From the NCBI GenBank assembly GCA_013265495.1, contig MU058285.1, forward strand, positions 62,001 through 126,000: 64,000 bases of DNA, given 5' to 3'. The position numbers were made by a program, and so were the translations under genes. Origin of the DNA: Vicugna vicugna (taxonomy: Eukaryota). Shown here one piece after another: positions 25,237-37,393 of this stretch. The notes beneath the pieces are model-generated. The model searched no databases. It saw only the letters and a list, made by a program, of their open reading frames with translations, and was not told the DNA's origin. How positions within the stretch are numbered: position 1 is the first letter of the stretch; the number at the start of each line of letters is the position of its first letter.

Positions 25237-26152
25237 TTTAGATGTCTGAGTATAGTGATAGTCCTGTCTAAGAACTCTTTGCCTAGTCTCTGGTCACAAA
25301 GATTTTTTTCTATGTTTTCTTCTAAAAGTTTTATAGTTACACACTTTTCTGTAAGGTCTATGATCCATTTTGAGTTACTTTTTTACAAGGTGTGAGGTCT
25401 AAGTCTAGATTTATATTTTTGTCTGTGGAATTCCAATTGTTTCAACACAACTTATTGAAAAATAATCCTTTCTCCATTGAATTTTTTGTATCTTTGCCAA
25501 AAATCAAAAGCATACCTACTTCTGTAGATCTATTTTCAGATTCTATTCTGCTCAGTTGATCTGCGTGTCTATTCCTTCACCAACTCCACATTTCTTTGTT
25601 GCTGTCACAGAATAGTACGTCTTAACATTATGTAGTAAGATTCTTCCAAACGATTTCTCTTTTTCAATGTTGTTTTCACTTTTCTAGTCCCTTCATCCTT
25701 CCATATAAATTTTGGAAACTGCTTGTCTATATCTGCAAAAAAGTTTGCTGGAATTTTGATAGAGACTGCTTGCACCTGTAAATCAATTCAGTGAAAATTC
25801 GCATATTACTGTGTTGAGTTTTCTAATCCACGAACACAGTGTGTATCTCCATTTATTTAACTTATTTGAGTTCTTTCAGAAGTATTTTGTAGTTTTCATC
25901 CTACAGACTATGCACGTTTCATTAGGTTTACATATAAGTATTTCTTTTTTTAAGCTATTATAGATGGTATTATGTTTTATACTTGGATTTCTAGTTACTC
26001 ATTTCCCATAAGTAGAAATACACAATCCTTGTGGATGGAACCTTGTATCCTGTAACTTTGCTACACTCATTTGTTACCTTAAGATTTTGTTTTGTTTGGT
26101 TTTGGTTTGGTTTTTGATAGATTCCTTGGAATTTTCTACATAGGCAATTATC

Positions 26153-26290
26153 TTTTTTTAAAATGTTTTTTTACTTTTTATTTTGGGGGGAAGTAATTAG
26201 GTTTATCTATTTTAATGGAGGTACTGGGGATTGAACCCAGGACCTCGTGCATGTTAGGCATGCACTCTACCATTGAGCTATACCCTCCCA
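26153..26290 (-). mobile_element. Vic-1-type SINE with perfect 17-bp TSD
   Basis: GGAGGTACTGGGGATTGAACCCAGGACCTCGTGCATG...CTACCATTGAGCTATACCCTCCC. TSD CTACATAGGCAATTATC at 26136-26152 and 26291-26307. Confidence 0.96.
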
Positions 26291-27354
26291 CTACATAGGC
26301 AATTATCATCTGCAAGTAGGGTGGTTCTATTTCTTCCTTTCCAATCAATGTGTCTTTTATTTCCCTTCTTACCTTAAAGAACTGACTAAGGCATCTATTA
26401 CTATGTTGAATTGCAGTACTGAAAGTAGAATCCTTGCTTTTTTCCAGATCTTAGGAGAAAGTTATTTAATTTTACACTATTAAGTATGATATTAGCTGCA
26501 CGTTATTTTACAGATGCTCTTTATCAGATTGAAGAACTTTTCTTCTATTCCTAGTCTGTTGATAGTTTTTTATTATAAATGGGCAATGGATTTTGTCAAA
26601 TGGTTTTTCAACTTCAACTGATATGATTCTATGGCATTTATCCTGTAGACTGTTTATATAGTGATTACATTGATTGATTTTTAAAGTAGCTCTTGCATTC
26701 CTGGAATAATTCTCACCTGGTCATGTATTTTTGGTTCTATATATTGGAAGATATGATTTAGTAATATTTTGTTGAGGACTTTATGTCAATGTTTATGGGA
26801 AATATTGTTTATAGTTTTCTCTATTTGTTCTCTCTTTGTCTAGTTTTGGAATTAGAATAATGCTGGCCACATAAAATAATTTGAGAGGTGTTCTCTCCTT
26901 TTATTTTTGCAAAAAGACTGTGCAGAATTGATTTTATTTACTTTTTAAATGTTTTATAGAATTTACCAGTGAAACCATATAAAACTGGAGTTTCTTTTTG
27001 GGGGGAAGATTTTAACTATTAATTTAGTGTATTTAATAGATATAATAAGACTATTAAGGTTGTCTATTTTTATTGTGTGTTTTGGTGGTTTGTATCTCAA
27101 GAAATTTGTTCATTTCATCTAAGTTATTGAATTGAAAGATTTCAATTTGTTTGTAGTATTTCCTTATTATCACCCCACATGTTTCTCAGCATCCTCCTCT
27201 CAGGAGAGGAGAAAGAGTTGTTTCTGCTCACATTATTGCAGGTTGGGGATGGTTGACAAGGCTTCATCCCACAGTGTCCACAATACTTAGTGAAGAGTGG
27301 GAAAAGTAAGCGCAAGTAAAAAGTTCCATTCTGTAGAACCGACTTCTTCCTGAT

Positions 27355-27836
27355 TCTTGTTTTATGTGTGTTTCTGTGAAAAGACACCTTATCTGGTATA
27401 TACTGTTGATTCGTTAACATTGAAAGCATGGCCCAGGGTACTATAACCCATGTCTGAACAAAGCTTATCTCACACACATTCTCTCCATTAAGGCTCATTA
27501 CAATCTTCTTGTGCTTAGAAATTCTAGACACTACTTCAGCAACATGCTTAGAGCAAAATCATCAACAAAAAGCACAAAAATATATTAAAAGTGGCATTAA
27601 ATGGACTGTGTAAAGGACACACTTGTTTACAGTATGAAATCTGAAACAAGAAGGCAGAGCTTTGCCTTGTTCGACCTTGGCTGATAAAGTGTGCAGTGGG
27701 TGACTCAAAGTTTTTGTAGCTCTGTACATGCCCATGAATGACTGTGAAACCACTGTGAGTATTGATTTGGGGTTACAATGAAATTTTAGTAAGTGGGCAA
27801 ATTGGCAAATACAAATGAATGAATAATAAAGATTGT
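27355..27836 (-). mobile_element. TcMar-Tigger DNA transposon, MER82-like (one end missing)
   Basis: CAACAAAAAGCACAAAAA..., ACACTTGTTTACAGTATGA...GAAACAAGAAGGCAGAGC..GCCTTGTTCGACCT and GAGTATTGATTTGGGGTTACAA match my recall of MER82. ORF 27142..27531 is a frameshifted transposase N-terminal remnant. Confidence 0.85.
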
Positions 27837-28176
27837 ATTTGATCTGTCTACATAAGATCCTAACTACAATTGAGAAATGAAGACATACACTGACAAGTTA
27901 CATAAGAGAAGCATATAATTTGACAATCACCCTCAACATGTATGAACACACCTACGTAACAAATATTACAATAATTTTAACTATTGAGCACTTGAACAAG
28001 TCCTGCAAAGTCCCCAGCTCCAGAAGTCTTTAGCTTCTTGAGTAACTTTTCATGGAAAAGAATCCTGTGAATCCATAAGCAAGGTCAGGATGCCATTTCT
28101 TACTCTACTGTGTAATGAAATATATATATATTGTGTAAGTATATTACTGTGTAATAAATATATATATATATTGCAG

Positions 28177-28298
28177 TTTTTTGGGCGTAAGGGGTAATTA
28201 GGTTTATTTATTTATTATTTAATGGAGGTACTGGGGATTGAACCCAGGACCTCACTGCATGCTAAGCATGCATCCTACCACTGAGCTATACCTTCCCC
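28177..28298 (-). mobile_element. Vic-1-type SINE
   Basis: GGGGTAATTAGGTTTATTTATTT...GGAGGTACTGGGGATTGAACCCAGGACCTC...GCTAAGCATGCA..CTACCACTGAGCTATACCTTCCCC. Confidence 0.94.
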
Positions 28299-29019
28299 GC
28301 AAGGAAAATATTCTTAAGAACAGTGATGTCAGGTGGGAATTTTCTCACTTTAGATTTCTACTGGATAATTGTTATCAATCAATGTCAATTTTCTGAAAAA
28401 AGGAAGTTAGTGAAGACAGTTTTTTTTTCTTTCAAAATCAGAATTAAATAATTTATAGATAAAAATAAAGTGCAAATATCAAAAGAACACGTGTCCAGGA
28501 GGAAAATGCACAGAGTGATAATATAAGCCTGGAGTCATTACTGATTTAAAAGACAAAGGCCACAATTTCTGATTGAAAAAATTAACAAAGAGGCTCTGTT
28601 TGCTAACGATGAGCAAGCTTTGCATTCAGTGTTAAATGCCATAACCTTTGTTTCTCTTTTTTCTTGTGCTGGTTTCAGCTACAGCATGTCATCTGTAGGA
28701 AATGTCAGCACATTTGACTGAAAGTCAGACTCTGAGAAATGTTTTCCCTTGGATATAAACTTAAAAACAGCCAGTCACTTAGAAAACTGAAATCAAGTTC
28801 TCTCAGGCAGGACTGACTTACTTTCATTAGAATTTCTTATACAATCTCTGGGAATGAAATGCTAATGTTTAAATGACTTATGATTATTGAAAAAAAATGG
28901 ATCTGCTTTGAAGAAGAAAACCCCAAAAAATATGTAAAAAAAAATCAAAATATTATTTGTCTAATCTTGACCAAACTGCTTAGCTTCATCTAAAAAGTAA
29001 GAGAAGAATTAATAAAGAC

Positions 29020-29185
29020 TAGTATTTATTGAGTAATTACAAAGTGCTAGGTGCTGGTCCAGGCCCTATGTGACAGGTGCTGTCATTTTTCCCATTTACA
29101 GATCTAGAAACAAGGGTTCAGGTGGCTGAGCTGGGATGACAAGCCAGGCCATCTGATTCCAGAGACCAAAGCACGTGATGCCACC
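29020..29185 (-). mobile_element. MIR SINE (internally deleted)
   Basis: TATTTATTGAGTAATTAC..GTGCTAGGTGCTG ... CCCATTTACAGATCTAGAAAC ... GAGCTGGGAT...TCTGATTCCAGAG. Confidence 0.7.
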
Positions 29186-31070
29186 TCCATGTAATGTGAA
29201 ATGCTGCATCTGAGAAGAAAAATAAATATGGAAGAATTTTTTAAAATGATGAAGTAAACCATACAAGTTAGAAAACAGGGTAATTGTGGGCCCTATTGAA
29301 TCTGATGTGACTGTGAGGACTTTTGAAAGATGAATACTGAGCAGCCAGGTAATGCGTGTGCATGTGTGTGAGTGTGTGTTGTTCCTGACAAAGAAAACCA
29401 CTTGTGAAAATATCCTGGGATGGAAAGGAAGGGAAAGGAAGCCAGTGTGACTGGATTTTAGGGCACAGCCCATTGCTGTTAGGAATAGTAGTAGATACAA
29501 AGAGGCAAAATGTGTCTAAACTATAGATATCTTTAATTTACCCGCACATTGATTTATTCCATCCAGTAAAACATTAATGTGTAGTTTAGGGGTCTCTCTT
29601 GATCATCAAACACTGTTGATTTGTTTTATGTTAGAGATGGACAAGCTCATTGACTCAGAGTGCTTGAATTCTGTTACCATTTTCTTTCTAAAACATAAGA
29701 CACTCTGCACACTTTGTCATTTTTAAGTGTTTTGGCTCAAATCCCCAGTGAAATAAACTGGATGATGCTGAGTCTCAAGAAAAAAAAAAAAAGAATTCAG
29801 ACCGTTTAGCTCAAAGCTGGCTGAATAGTCTCCCTTGTCTCTTTTCCCTGGACCTGTTCTAAAATTTTGGTACTTACATTCCTTAGGTAAGTGGAATTAT
29901 ATAGGGGACACAGAAAAGTTTAGGAATAGAAGTTTTAACTTTTTTTCACACTGCAACCTCATTCAGAAGGAAAACCATCAGAATTGATATTAACTAATCT
30001 TGTATTTGTTTGTAAATATCTAGATAACAGATTCATTTTATGTTCAATGAGGAATTAGAAGATTTACTATTTTGATAGTGGGGAACCATATGGCTTTAGC
30101 CCAGCAGTCATGCTTTTTACCATTGTCAGTCCATCTACCATTGCAATATGAAACGAGTATGCCTAAAGTGTCAGAAATACATGAAAAGGCTTGCCCATGA
30201 GAGCAGACAATAGCTATGTGTGAGGGTTTGGAGAGAATTATACAGCTATTTATTGAAAAACAAGTTTGTCATTTAAAAAATTAGCTTTTTTTTTTTAACT
30301 TTTGATTACCTGAACATATATTTTCTCCTACAAATTAGGTCAATTACCAGTTACAGTTTTCTTCATCGGCATGTTTAAAAATGCTGGGAGTTCCCTGATG
30401 AGGTAAAAATAAAGTTCTGAGTAATTTCTGTGTATGGTTTTAAATTGTTGTTCACTGATAGCTTAAGATGTAGTCTTAATTAAATTTACGGCTTCAATTG
30501 GGAATGTGGCTTAGCTAAAAACAGGAAGTTTGTACATAACTTTGAAATCAGAAAAATATGCAACTAAGTAAAACATCAACTGAGTCATGGAGGGCTGCGG
30601 GAAGCAGGAAATGCTGTGATGATCAACTTCTCAAAATGAACTTGAAGATTCTGCTACTCCAAATTTATCTAATAAATTGATAGTAAGTAGCAAAAGTCAA
30701 TGTAAAGGAATAAGACATGAAAGCGTTTATTTGTATGCTTAGTTTGTATTATTATAGAGATACAAGTATATCTTAATTTTGGTGTCCTGCTTTAGAAAAC
30801 ATGGACAATGATACATAAACCTATCACTCTTTCAAATGACCCTAAAAAAAATCTATGCAAATTTGAAGGGAACTCAGAAGGAATTCTTAAAAGAAAAACA
30901 AAGTAATGTGTAGTAGTAAGAAATAAGATAAAAAGTAAAACAATAATAAAATTAAAATGTTTGAACCTCCTTTTGAAGTCATTATAGTTTTTAATTATAT
31001 TTGATGGTGAAGATCAGGAAGGAATAGAAACATTGACAAAGACATGGGGTATAAATGTGAGTAAATGTGG

Positions 31071-31457
31071 GAGAGTGGCAGCCAAGATGGCAGAGCAGAA
31101 GGAACTTCCTCACACAGACACACCAAGATCACAGCTAACTGCAGAACAACTAGTGATTAAAAGAAAAAAGACTGAATACTACCAGAAAAGGTCTTCTGTA
31201 GCTAAAAACTTAAAGAAGAAACCATGATGAGACCGGTAGGCAGGGTGGATTTGTGATATAATCAGGTCCCATACCCCCCAGGTGGGCAACCCGCAAACTG
31301 GAGAGTAATTACATTGCAGGGGTTCTCCCAAGGAGGTGAGAGCTCTGAGTGTGACTTCAGGCTCTCCAGCCCAGGGATCTGGCACCAGGAAGAGGAGCCC
31401 CAAGAGAGCTGGGCTTTGAAGGCCAGTGGGGCTTGATTACAGGAGCTCCATGGGACT
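31071..31457 (+). mobile_element. Isolated LINE-1 5'UTR (artiodactyl type), 3'-truncated
   Basis: CAAGATGGC (YY1-type L1 start) at 31083-91. Contains CCCCAGGTGGGCAACCCGCAAACTGGAGAGTAATTACATTGCAG and GGCTTTGAAGGCCAGTGGGGCTTGATTACAGGAGCTCCA. No ORF1/ORF2 downstream. Confidence 0.85.
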
Positions 31458-32334
31458 TCTACAACAGGTGGAATGTCGCTGTTATCTGTCAACAATTACT
31501 GAAGTTGTTGACACCATCGCGGAGGTGGCAGTGCAGAGAATTCACTGCTTTAAGGTCTTACTGTACTCAGTTCAACTTTATAAATATTTGATCTTATCAA
31601 AATGATCCCAAAGCACTGGAAAGCATTAGAGACAAGAAGAATCAAGAAACAATTAATCCCAAACAGCCTATAATTCTAACTGGATTGACAGATTGGCTGG
31701 ATATGTCATAGATTTATAGCTCAAGTATGGTGAACTGCAGTTTCTCCCACCCAGCCAGTTAATTAAGATTTTAAAGGAAAGCTTCCAATTATCGTTCATT
31801 CTTTCATTAATTAAGAGATGGTAGCATCTCACCTTAGTCCCACTTTGCAGGAATAGTCTTAGGTAAATCTCACTGTATTCTTCCTTTGGGTCCTGATTTG
31901 TATTTATGAGCTCCCAGTCTTAGGTGTAAGGTGACAAAGACACAGGCATTGTACCTGACTCATGAAAGAGAAGTTTAGCCTCTTTGTAGGAATTTTATTC
32001 TCCTTGAATTGAATAATTCTGAATAAAGTCTATTTCATCATGGGTGGTTTGCAAATATTCAATCAGCCCGCAATATTTTCTTTTAATCTTTTTCTAATTG
32101 CTGCTGACAAGTATTCCCTTTCCAATTCTCTTGCCAAACAAAATTTATGCAAACAGTTCAGCTATTTACCACACTGCAATCTTGTCAGTAACATTTTTAA
32201 GTGTTAGCACTGAATACTGACAGCTTAAAATAGTTTGTGTTCTCTGGCTAGGTTTTACTTTCTCTAACATGTTTATTATCTTTTTTTCCCACCAGCAGTA
32301 TTTTTCTTCTTCATAGTTTTCAGTATAAATAATA

Positions 32335-32960
32335 CTTTTTTGATACAAAGTAACTTCTATAGTGATTAATTTAATAGATAGTATGTACAAATAATCCATA
32401 TTCAAAACTAGTAAGATGGAATTCAATGAGAGGAGTCTCCTGCCCACTCCATACACTGGTTGGTACTTAATCCCATCTCACAGGAAAACTATATTACCAA
32501 TTTCATATGTATCCTTTCAGAGATACTATATTTATTTAAGTGTATATGTGCATTTATAACTTTAGGCAATAGTATACCTTACATTACTGTTATAAAACCT
32601 AAAAACCTTTTTTTCTTTTGACAGTGCATCTCATTGGGGATTCCATATAGGTCCAACTGGAGCTGCCTTATGCTTTTTAACTTCTGAATAGCTTGCCATT
32701 GTACTGACCTACCTTCATTTTTAAATAGTCCTATGTTGGTGAACGTTTAGGTGGTTTTCAGTCTTTTGCTATGGCAAAATAATGCTTCAGTGAACATCTG
32801 TGGACATAAATCTCTCCAAGTTGTTGAAATACAATTCCAGGATAAATTCCTAAAAACAGAATTTCTCAGGAGAAGAAGAGGTGCGTTTGTGAGAAATGGA
32901 TGATAGATAGATAGACCTATCAATAGATGGATATTGCCAAATTATACACCTTAGTGATAG
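32335..32960 (-). mobile_element. L1ME-like 3' fragment
   Basis: ATTTCATATGTATCCTTTCAGAGATA, GAACGTTTAGGTGGTTTTCAGTCTTTTGCTAT and GGATAAATTCCTAAAAACAGAATT. Confidence 0.7.
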
Positions 32961-34562
32961 ATGGCATCACTTTTTAATGCAAAATATTTTCTTCTAGGGA
33001 CTGAAGAGCCAAATATTAAAAATATTCTTTGCTCAAGAATGCCATTATACCTCAATGAGAAAAATGGGACTACCATATACTTTTAAAGTGTCTATATAAT
33101 TGTAAGGAAGATAGTTTAATTCCAGAATCCTATATTGGGTGAAATGTGGAGAAGGCAGAAAGTCTCTTGTGGTATTTTGGTTTAGGGTTTTTTGGTTGGG
33201 TCATTTAAAAATAAAATAAAAATAAAATTTGTAACCCATGCAAGTTTGGTTTGATTTAAAAGAAACCAATTTATGTGGAAGAGGGAGGAAAAAGGAGTTT
33301 GTGGCTAGACTTTTTCCATAGAAGTTCGCTTATATTCCGTTAGAACGTGTGAGATATACAGAACATCATCAAGTCTGACTCACACAGCCATTTGAACTTT
33401 AAGTCTAGAAGAAGGATATGTTTATTTTATCCACTTTCTAACAGTGAAAAAGAAGGAGTGGAAGACACATTCTGTCTTGTGTTTGGAAATTTGGTATTTT
33501 CAAGCTTTATGCCTCATCTGTTTTCCTTGTCTAACTTTCTAGAAAAACAAATGCTCATCTATTTCCTCGAACTTTCCTTAATGCCCCAAATGCCTTAGAG
33601 CATGTTAAAATATTCACTGGAATGGAAACACTCTTTGAAGAATATACTTATGTATTAAATAAAAATCTTAAACTCTAATTGCCTACAGCACAATACGGGT
33701 ATTAAGTATTCTTCTTAAAAGGAAGAACCCCTTAAGAAAACTGTTAGAGAAGACATCTATACAAATCCACGGTAATTTTCCATCTCATAAACAATGTCTT
33801 AAGTAGTTTATAAGCCATTTTTCTTTTTTCCTTTCAGCTATTCCCAGAGCTCTGGTCCACCCAGTGTATTTTCATCATTTTCCAATTTTCAATCAACCAC
33901 CTAATACCACAGAACCCTTGTATGTCTTCAGAAAATAACCAGTCCTCAAGGACGTATAAGGAAGTTAAGAAGTCTAAATTCTAGAAAGGAACTATCAGAC
34001 CCATAGGCCCAAGTCACAGAACTAATCAATTCTTATTTGTTACGAAATAGCCAAAATTACTAATTACAAAGTAATAAACGTACATAGACACACAAACTGT
34101 TGTGATAAACTAAAAAAAATTTTTTTTTTGGCCTTTTGGGCTGTCAAACAACTGGTGAATAAACATTCTACATAGTTGACTCTCCCATTTGGTCAGCTTT
34201 GGTTGGTATAACAAGTCTCACATCCATCTTACACTAATTTTTCAAAGTTCTAATGCAGGTAAACTTATATAAATATAGCATATGTAATATTTATGTCCAT
34301 AATAGATAAAAACTGTAGTTGTCTTTTGTAGCATATTTTGTAGCACATTTTTTAGTGGAAATAGGAGAGTATAAATTCTCCTGTCACTCATTTGACTGAT
34401 GGTGATGTATGAGGTGACCTGCCCACAAAAACTGAATTTTTCACAACTGCCTTATATATATATATATAAATATATATATGGAGTATCTGTAAAGTGGGTC
34501 AGTATCACTGAGTTCACTGAGTTTGTAATACTGAGTGAAATAGGTCTGCAGTGGTCGTACCG

Positions 34563-35268
34563 GTGTGATGTAAGGGCTAAGATCTCTTTTTTGCAAGTGA
34601 ATATTATCCCAGCACCATTTGTTGAGAAGACATCTTTTTCCCCATTGAATTGTGTTTGCTCCATTACTGAAAAATCAATTGGCCATATATGTGTCGAATA
34701 TCTCTGGATTTGTAATTCTCCATTGATCTATTTCTGATCCTATGCCAATACCACATTGTCTTGTTTATTCTAGCTCAATAATAAGTCTTAATGTCAGGTA
34801 ATGTAAGTCTTTTGATTTCATTCTGCTTTGCCGATATTGTTTCAGTTATTCTCGGCCCTTCGCGTTTTCATATTTTCATGTAAACTCTCAGGATCAGCTT
34901 GTAAGTGTCAACAAAAATGCTCCTGGAGGGTTTTTTTTAATAGGACTTTGATAAGTCTATAAATCAACTTGGGGAAACCTCACATTTAATGCTTTTAAGT
35001 CTTCCTATCCATGAGCCTGGGCTATCTCTCCATTTAGTGAGGACTTTAATTTCTCTCAGCAATGTTGTGTCATTTTCAGGGTATAGAGTTCCCAAGTATT
35101 TTATTAAACTTGTCCATAATTACCTCATATTTTTATGCTATTATAAATTATATTGTTATTTTTAAACATTAATTTTCAGTTTTTCATTATTAACATATAA
35201 AAACAGTCTCGGTTTTTTGCACTGAATTTTTAATTACAACTTTGCCAAACGAAATTATTTATTCTAAC
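34563..35268 (-). mobile_element. Old L1M ORF2 internal fragment
   Basis: CCCAGCACCATTTGTTGAGAAGAC...CCCCATTGAATTG, TATGCCAATACCACATTGTCTTG and CTTCCTATCCATGAGC..TATCTCTCCATTTA. Confidence 0.85.
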
Positions 35269-36077
35269 ACTGCATGGATGGTCACTCACTTGTCTGTGTG
35301 TAGAACCAAATCTAGCCACAAAAGTAAAAGCAGCACTAAAGTGGAAGTGGCGACCTGCTACAGTAACCTCTCTCAGTTACTCCAGCTCATGATTCACCCT
35401 TTTGCTTCCCATCCTGATGAGACACGGAGGCCTTGGGACCATCTTGGCACACTCTACACAGGTCTACCATCTGCCTTTCATGGCCAAGCCCCAGTGGACT
35501 TCATGCATGATTCGAACTGTGCTCTTTTTCATGCAACTCTCAGCTTACAAGGCCAAGAGAGGTGAACCACAAAGAGTGGCAGGCTCTAAAATAGTAAAAT
35601 AAACTTCTGCATATACACAAAATAAATGTACTAAACATCTGTATAAGTTAAATATACATCCTCGGATGTAACAATGAAGCTTGGAAGTGGGTAGGGGGAC
35701 ATCTTTAAAGATACAGATAGTAAGCTGTAAAATGTTTGCCCATCACCATTACCAAAAAAAAAATGTGTTTATATATGCATATGTTATTGTACGGGTAGCC
35801 TTCAGTAAAATGTAAATAATGGAAATTTTGGATATCAAATATCTAGCTGGGGCACAAAAGCGGTTGAGTGTGGGAAAAGGTAATAGAATATGTTTTATAT
35901 TTTGATCCCCAAAGATTAAAAGTTTGTTTTTCCCCACTGGGAACTAAGGGGTGATAGTCATGCATTTGGGTTTTCCTGGTAGCTGAACAATACATCCAGC
36001 TGAGTCTGGGTTTATTTCTGCATCCCGTGGCCTGGGCACCATCGTACATTGTCAGGCTCCCTGGAGTTGAAAGTCCA

Positions 36078-36126
36078 TGTAAACACAGGCTATATAAACA
36101 GGAGGCTCAGCCAGAGTGGCACTTGT
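36078..36126 (+). promoter_or_regulatory. Candidate TATA-Inr core promoter
   Basis: TATATAAA at 36091-98, 30 nt upstream of an Inr-like GGCA(+1)CT with the A at 36121. Forkhead-type TGTAAACA at 36078-85. Lies in non-repeat sequence. Confidence 0.3.
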
Positions 36127-37393
36127 GGCCTCCCCAGCCCCAGAGGGTCAGTATTTAGCAAAACTCTGTAATTTTAGCTTTCAAAGCCCCAAGCCCCCAA
36201 TTTTGTAATCTTTCATAGCTTTTTACTGAAATTTCTACACTAAGGGAGGAAAAGAAAGAGAAGAGAGTTTTCTGTTTCATTCTCAGGTTTCAAAGCATGT
36301 TATTAGTGTGACCCACCAATCTCTGAAGGTCCCACAGAGGCCACACACTGCTGTTTTCGGAGAGCTATTGGTGGAATTCCTCTGGGGGAATTTATTGTTT
36401 CTGAGAAGGAACTTGTTTCCAATTTGTAAACACTTTGCATTTGGGGGCTCATTTTCCAGGACACCCTTTATAACCATATTTTCTAAGTGATTTGAGGGTT
36501 TCTGGACAGAATTCTGTCTTAAGTCTCCTTCATTTCCTTTGGGATAAGGTTGCTGAGTGATTGCAACATCCTGCAGTCTTAGTAGCCTCGTATTTATCAT
36601 CGGAATTAGATAAGCCTGATTCATATTATGTGCTAAATAAATGTTGCGTGAACTAAATTACATTAAGAAATAGAATTCAGTATTACTGTGGAAGGTTTTA
36701 GCCTGATATGACCTTGGTTAAGATTCTTGATTGATCACTTTGGACTACCTTCTAGCTTATAAATGATATGAGGAGATTGAAACAAACAGCCTCTGAAATT
36801 CCTTTTATTTCTAAAATTGTGTTTTATGATGTACTGGTAAATTGAAAAAGGTTAATTTAGAAATACATGGACTTTATTTACCTAGATCTAAACAAATTGC
36901 AATGATCTTAAATTTTGACTGCTTGTCACCTTTTGTTTATGTTATATAAATACAGCCTATGATTTTGTTTGCTTCTTTTTCGCTACATGTTGCTAAAATT
37001 AGTAGTTAAAAATGAAGATTTTGTTAAAACCATTTGTTTAGTCTACATTTTCCAACTAGCTTGTTATGCACTTTGCTATATTTAGAAATTAGTTGTGCTG
37101 AGGTCACATATATGAAGCCATATCCAAAGACTTAAAAAAGGAGAATTCAAATAACATATGGCTACATCAAATGCCATGTTTTGTTGAAAAATAGCTTAAA
37201 AATGAAAAGATAAAGCTAAAACATTTGCCCCTCTTAAGGAGGCACAACTTGCTGGGTATCTTTACCTTAATTTGTCTAAATAATTACAGTATTTTAAAAA
37301 TCTTTAAGACCATTCCTTCTGATCTGTTTGTGAAGTTGTTTTCTTGGTGAAAAGCCATTTCTCCATAAACTTACATTTTCAAATTTGTCTATC

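Larger units (their letters stand above)
24150..27172 (-). mobile_element. Old L1MC/MD-like LINE-1 (3'UTR + ORF2 remnant) hosting younger insertions
   Basis: AAATGCAATCATATAGTGT..., CTAAGAACTCTTTGCCTA, TTCTTCTAAAAGTTTTATAGTT, TTTGCTGGAATTTTGATAG, AGAATTTACCAGTGAAACCAT and GTTCATTTCATCTAAGTT are collinear antisense L1 ORF2 landmarks. Confidence 0.88.

Noticed and set aside
33820..33985. Strong acceptor TTTTCTTTTTTCCTTTCAG with a downstream open frame
   Set aside because: No convincing donor and an unrecognisable peptide. Isolated acceptors (also at ~1210, 13159, 28678) are common in AT-rich DNA.
35281..35630. Processed-pseudogene or 3'UTR-like unique segment with two AATAAA
   Set aside because: No poly(A), TSD or recognisable homology, and ORF 35242..35565 begins inside an L1 remnant.
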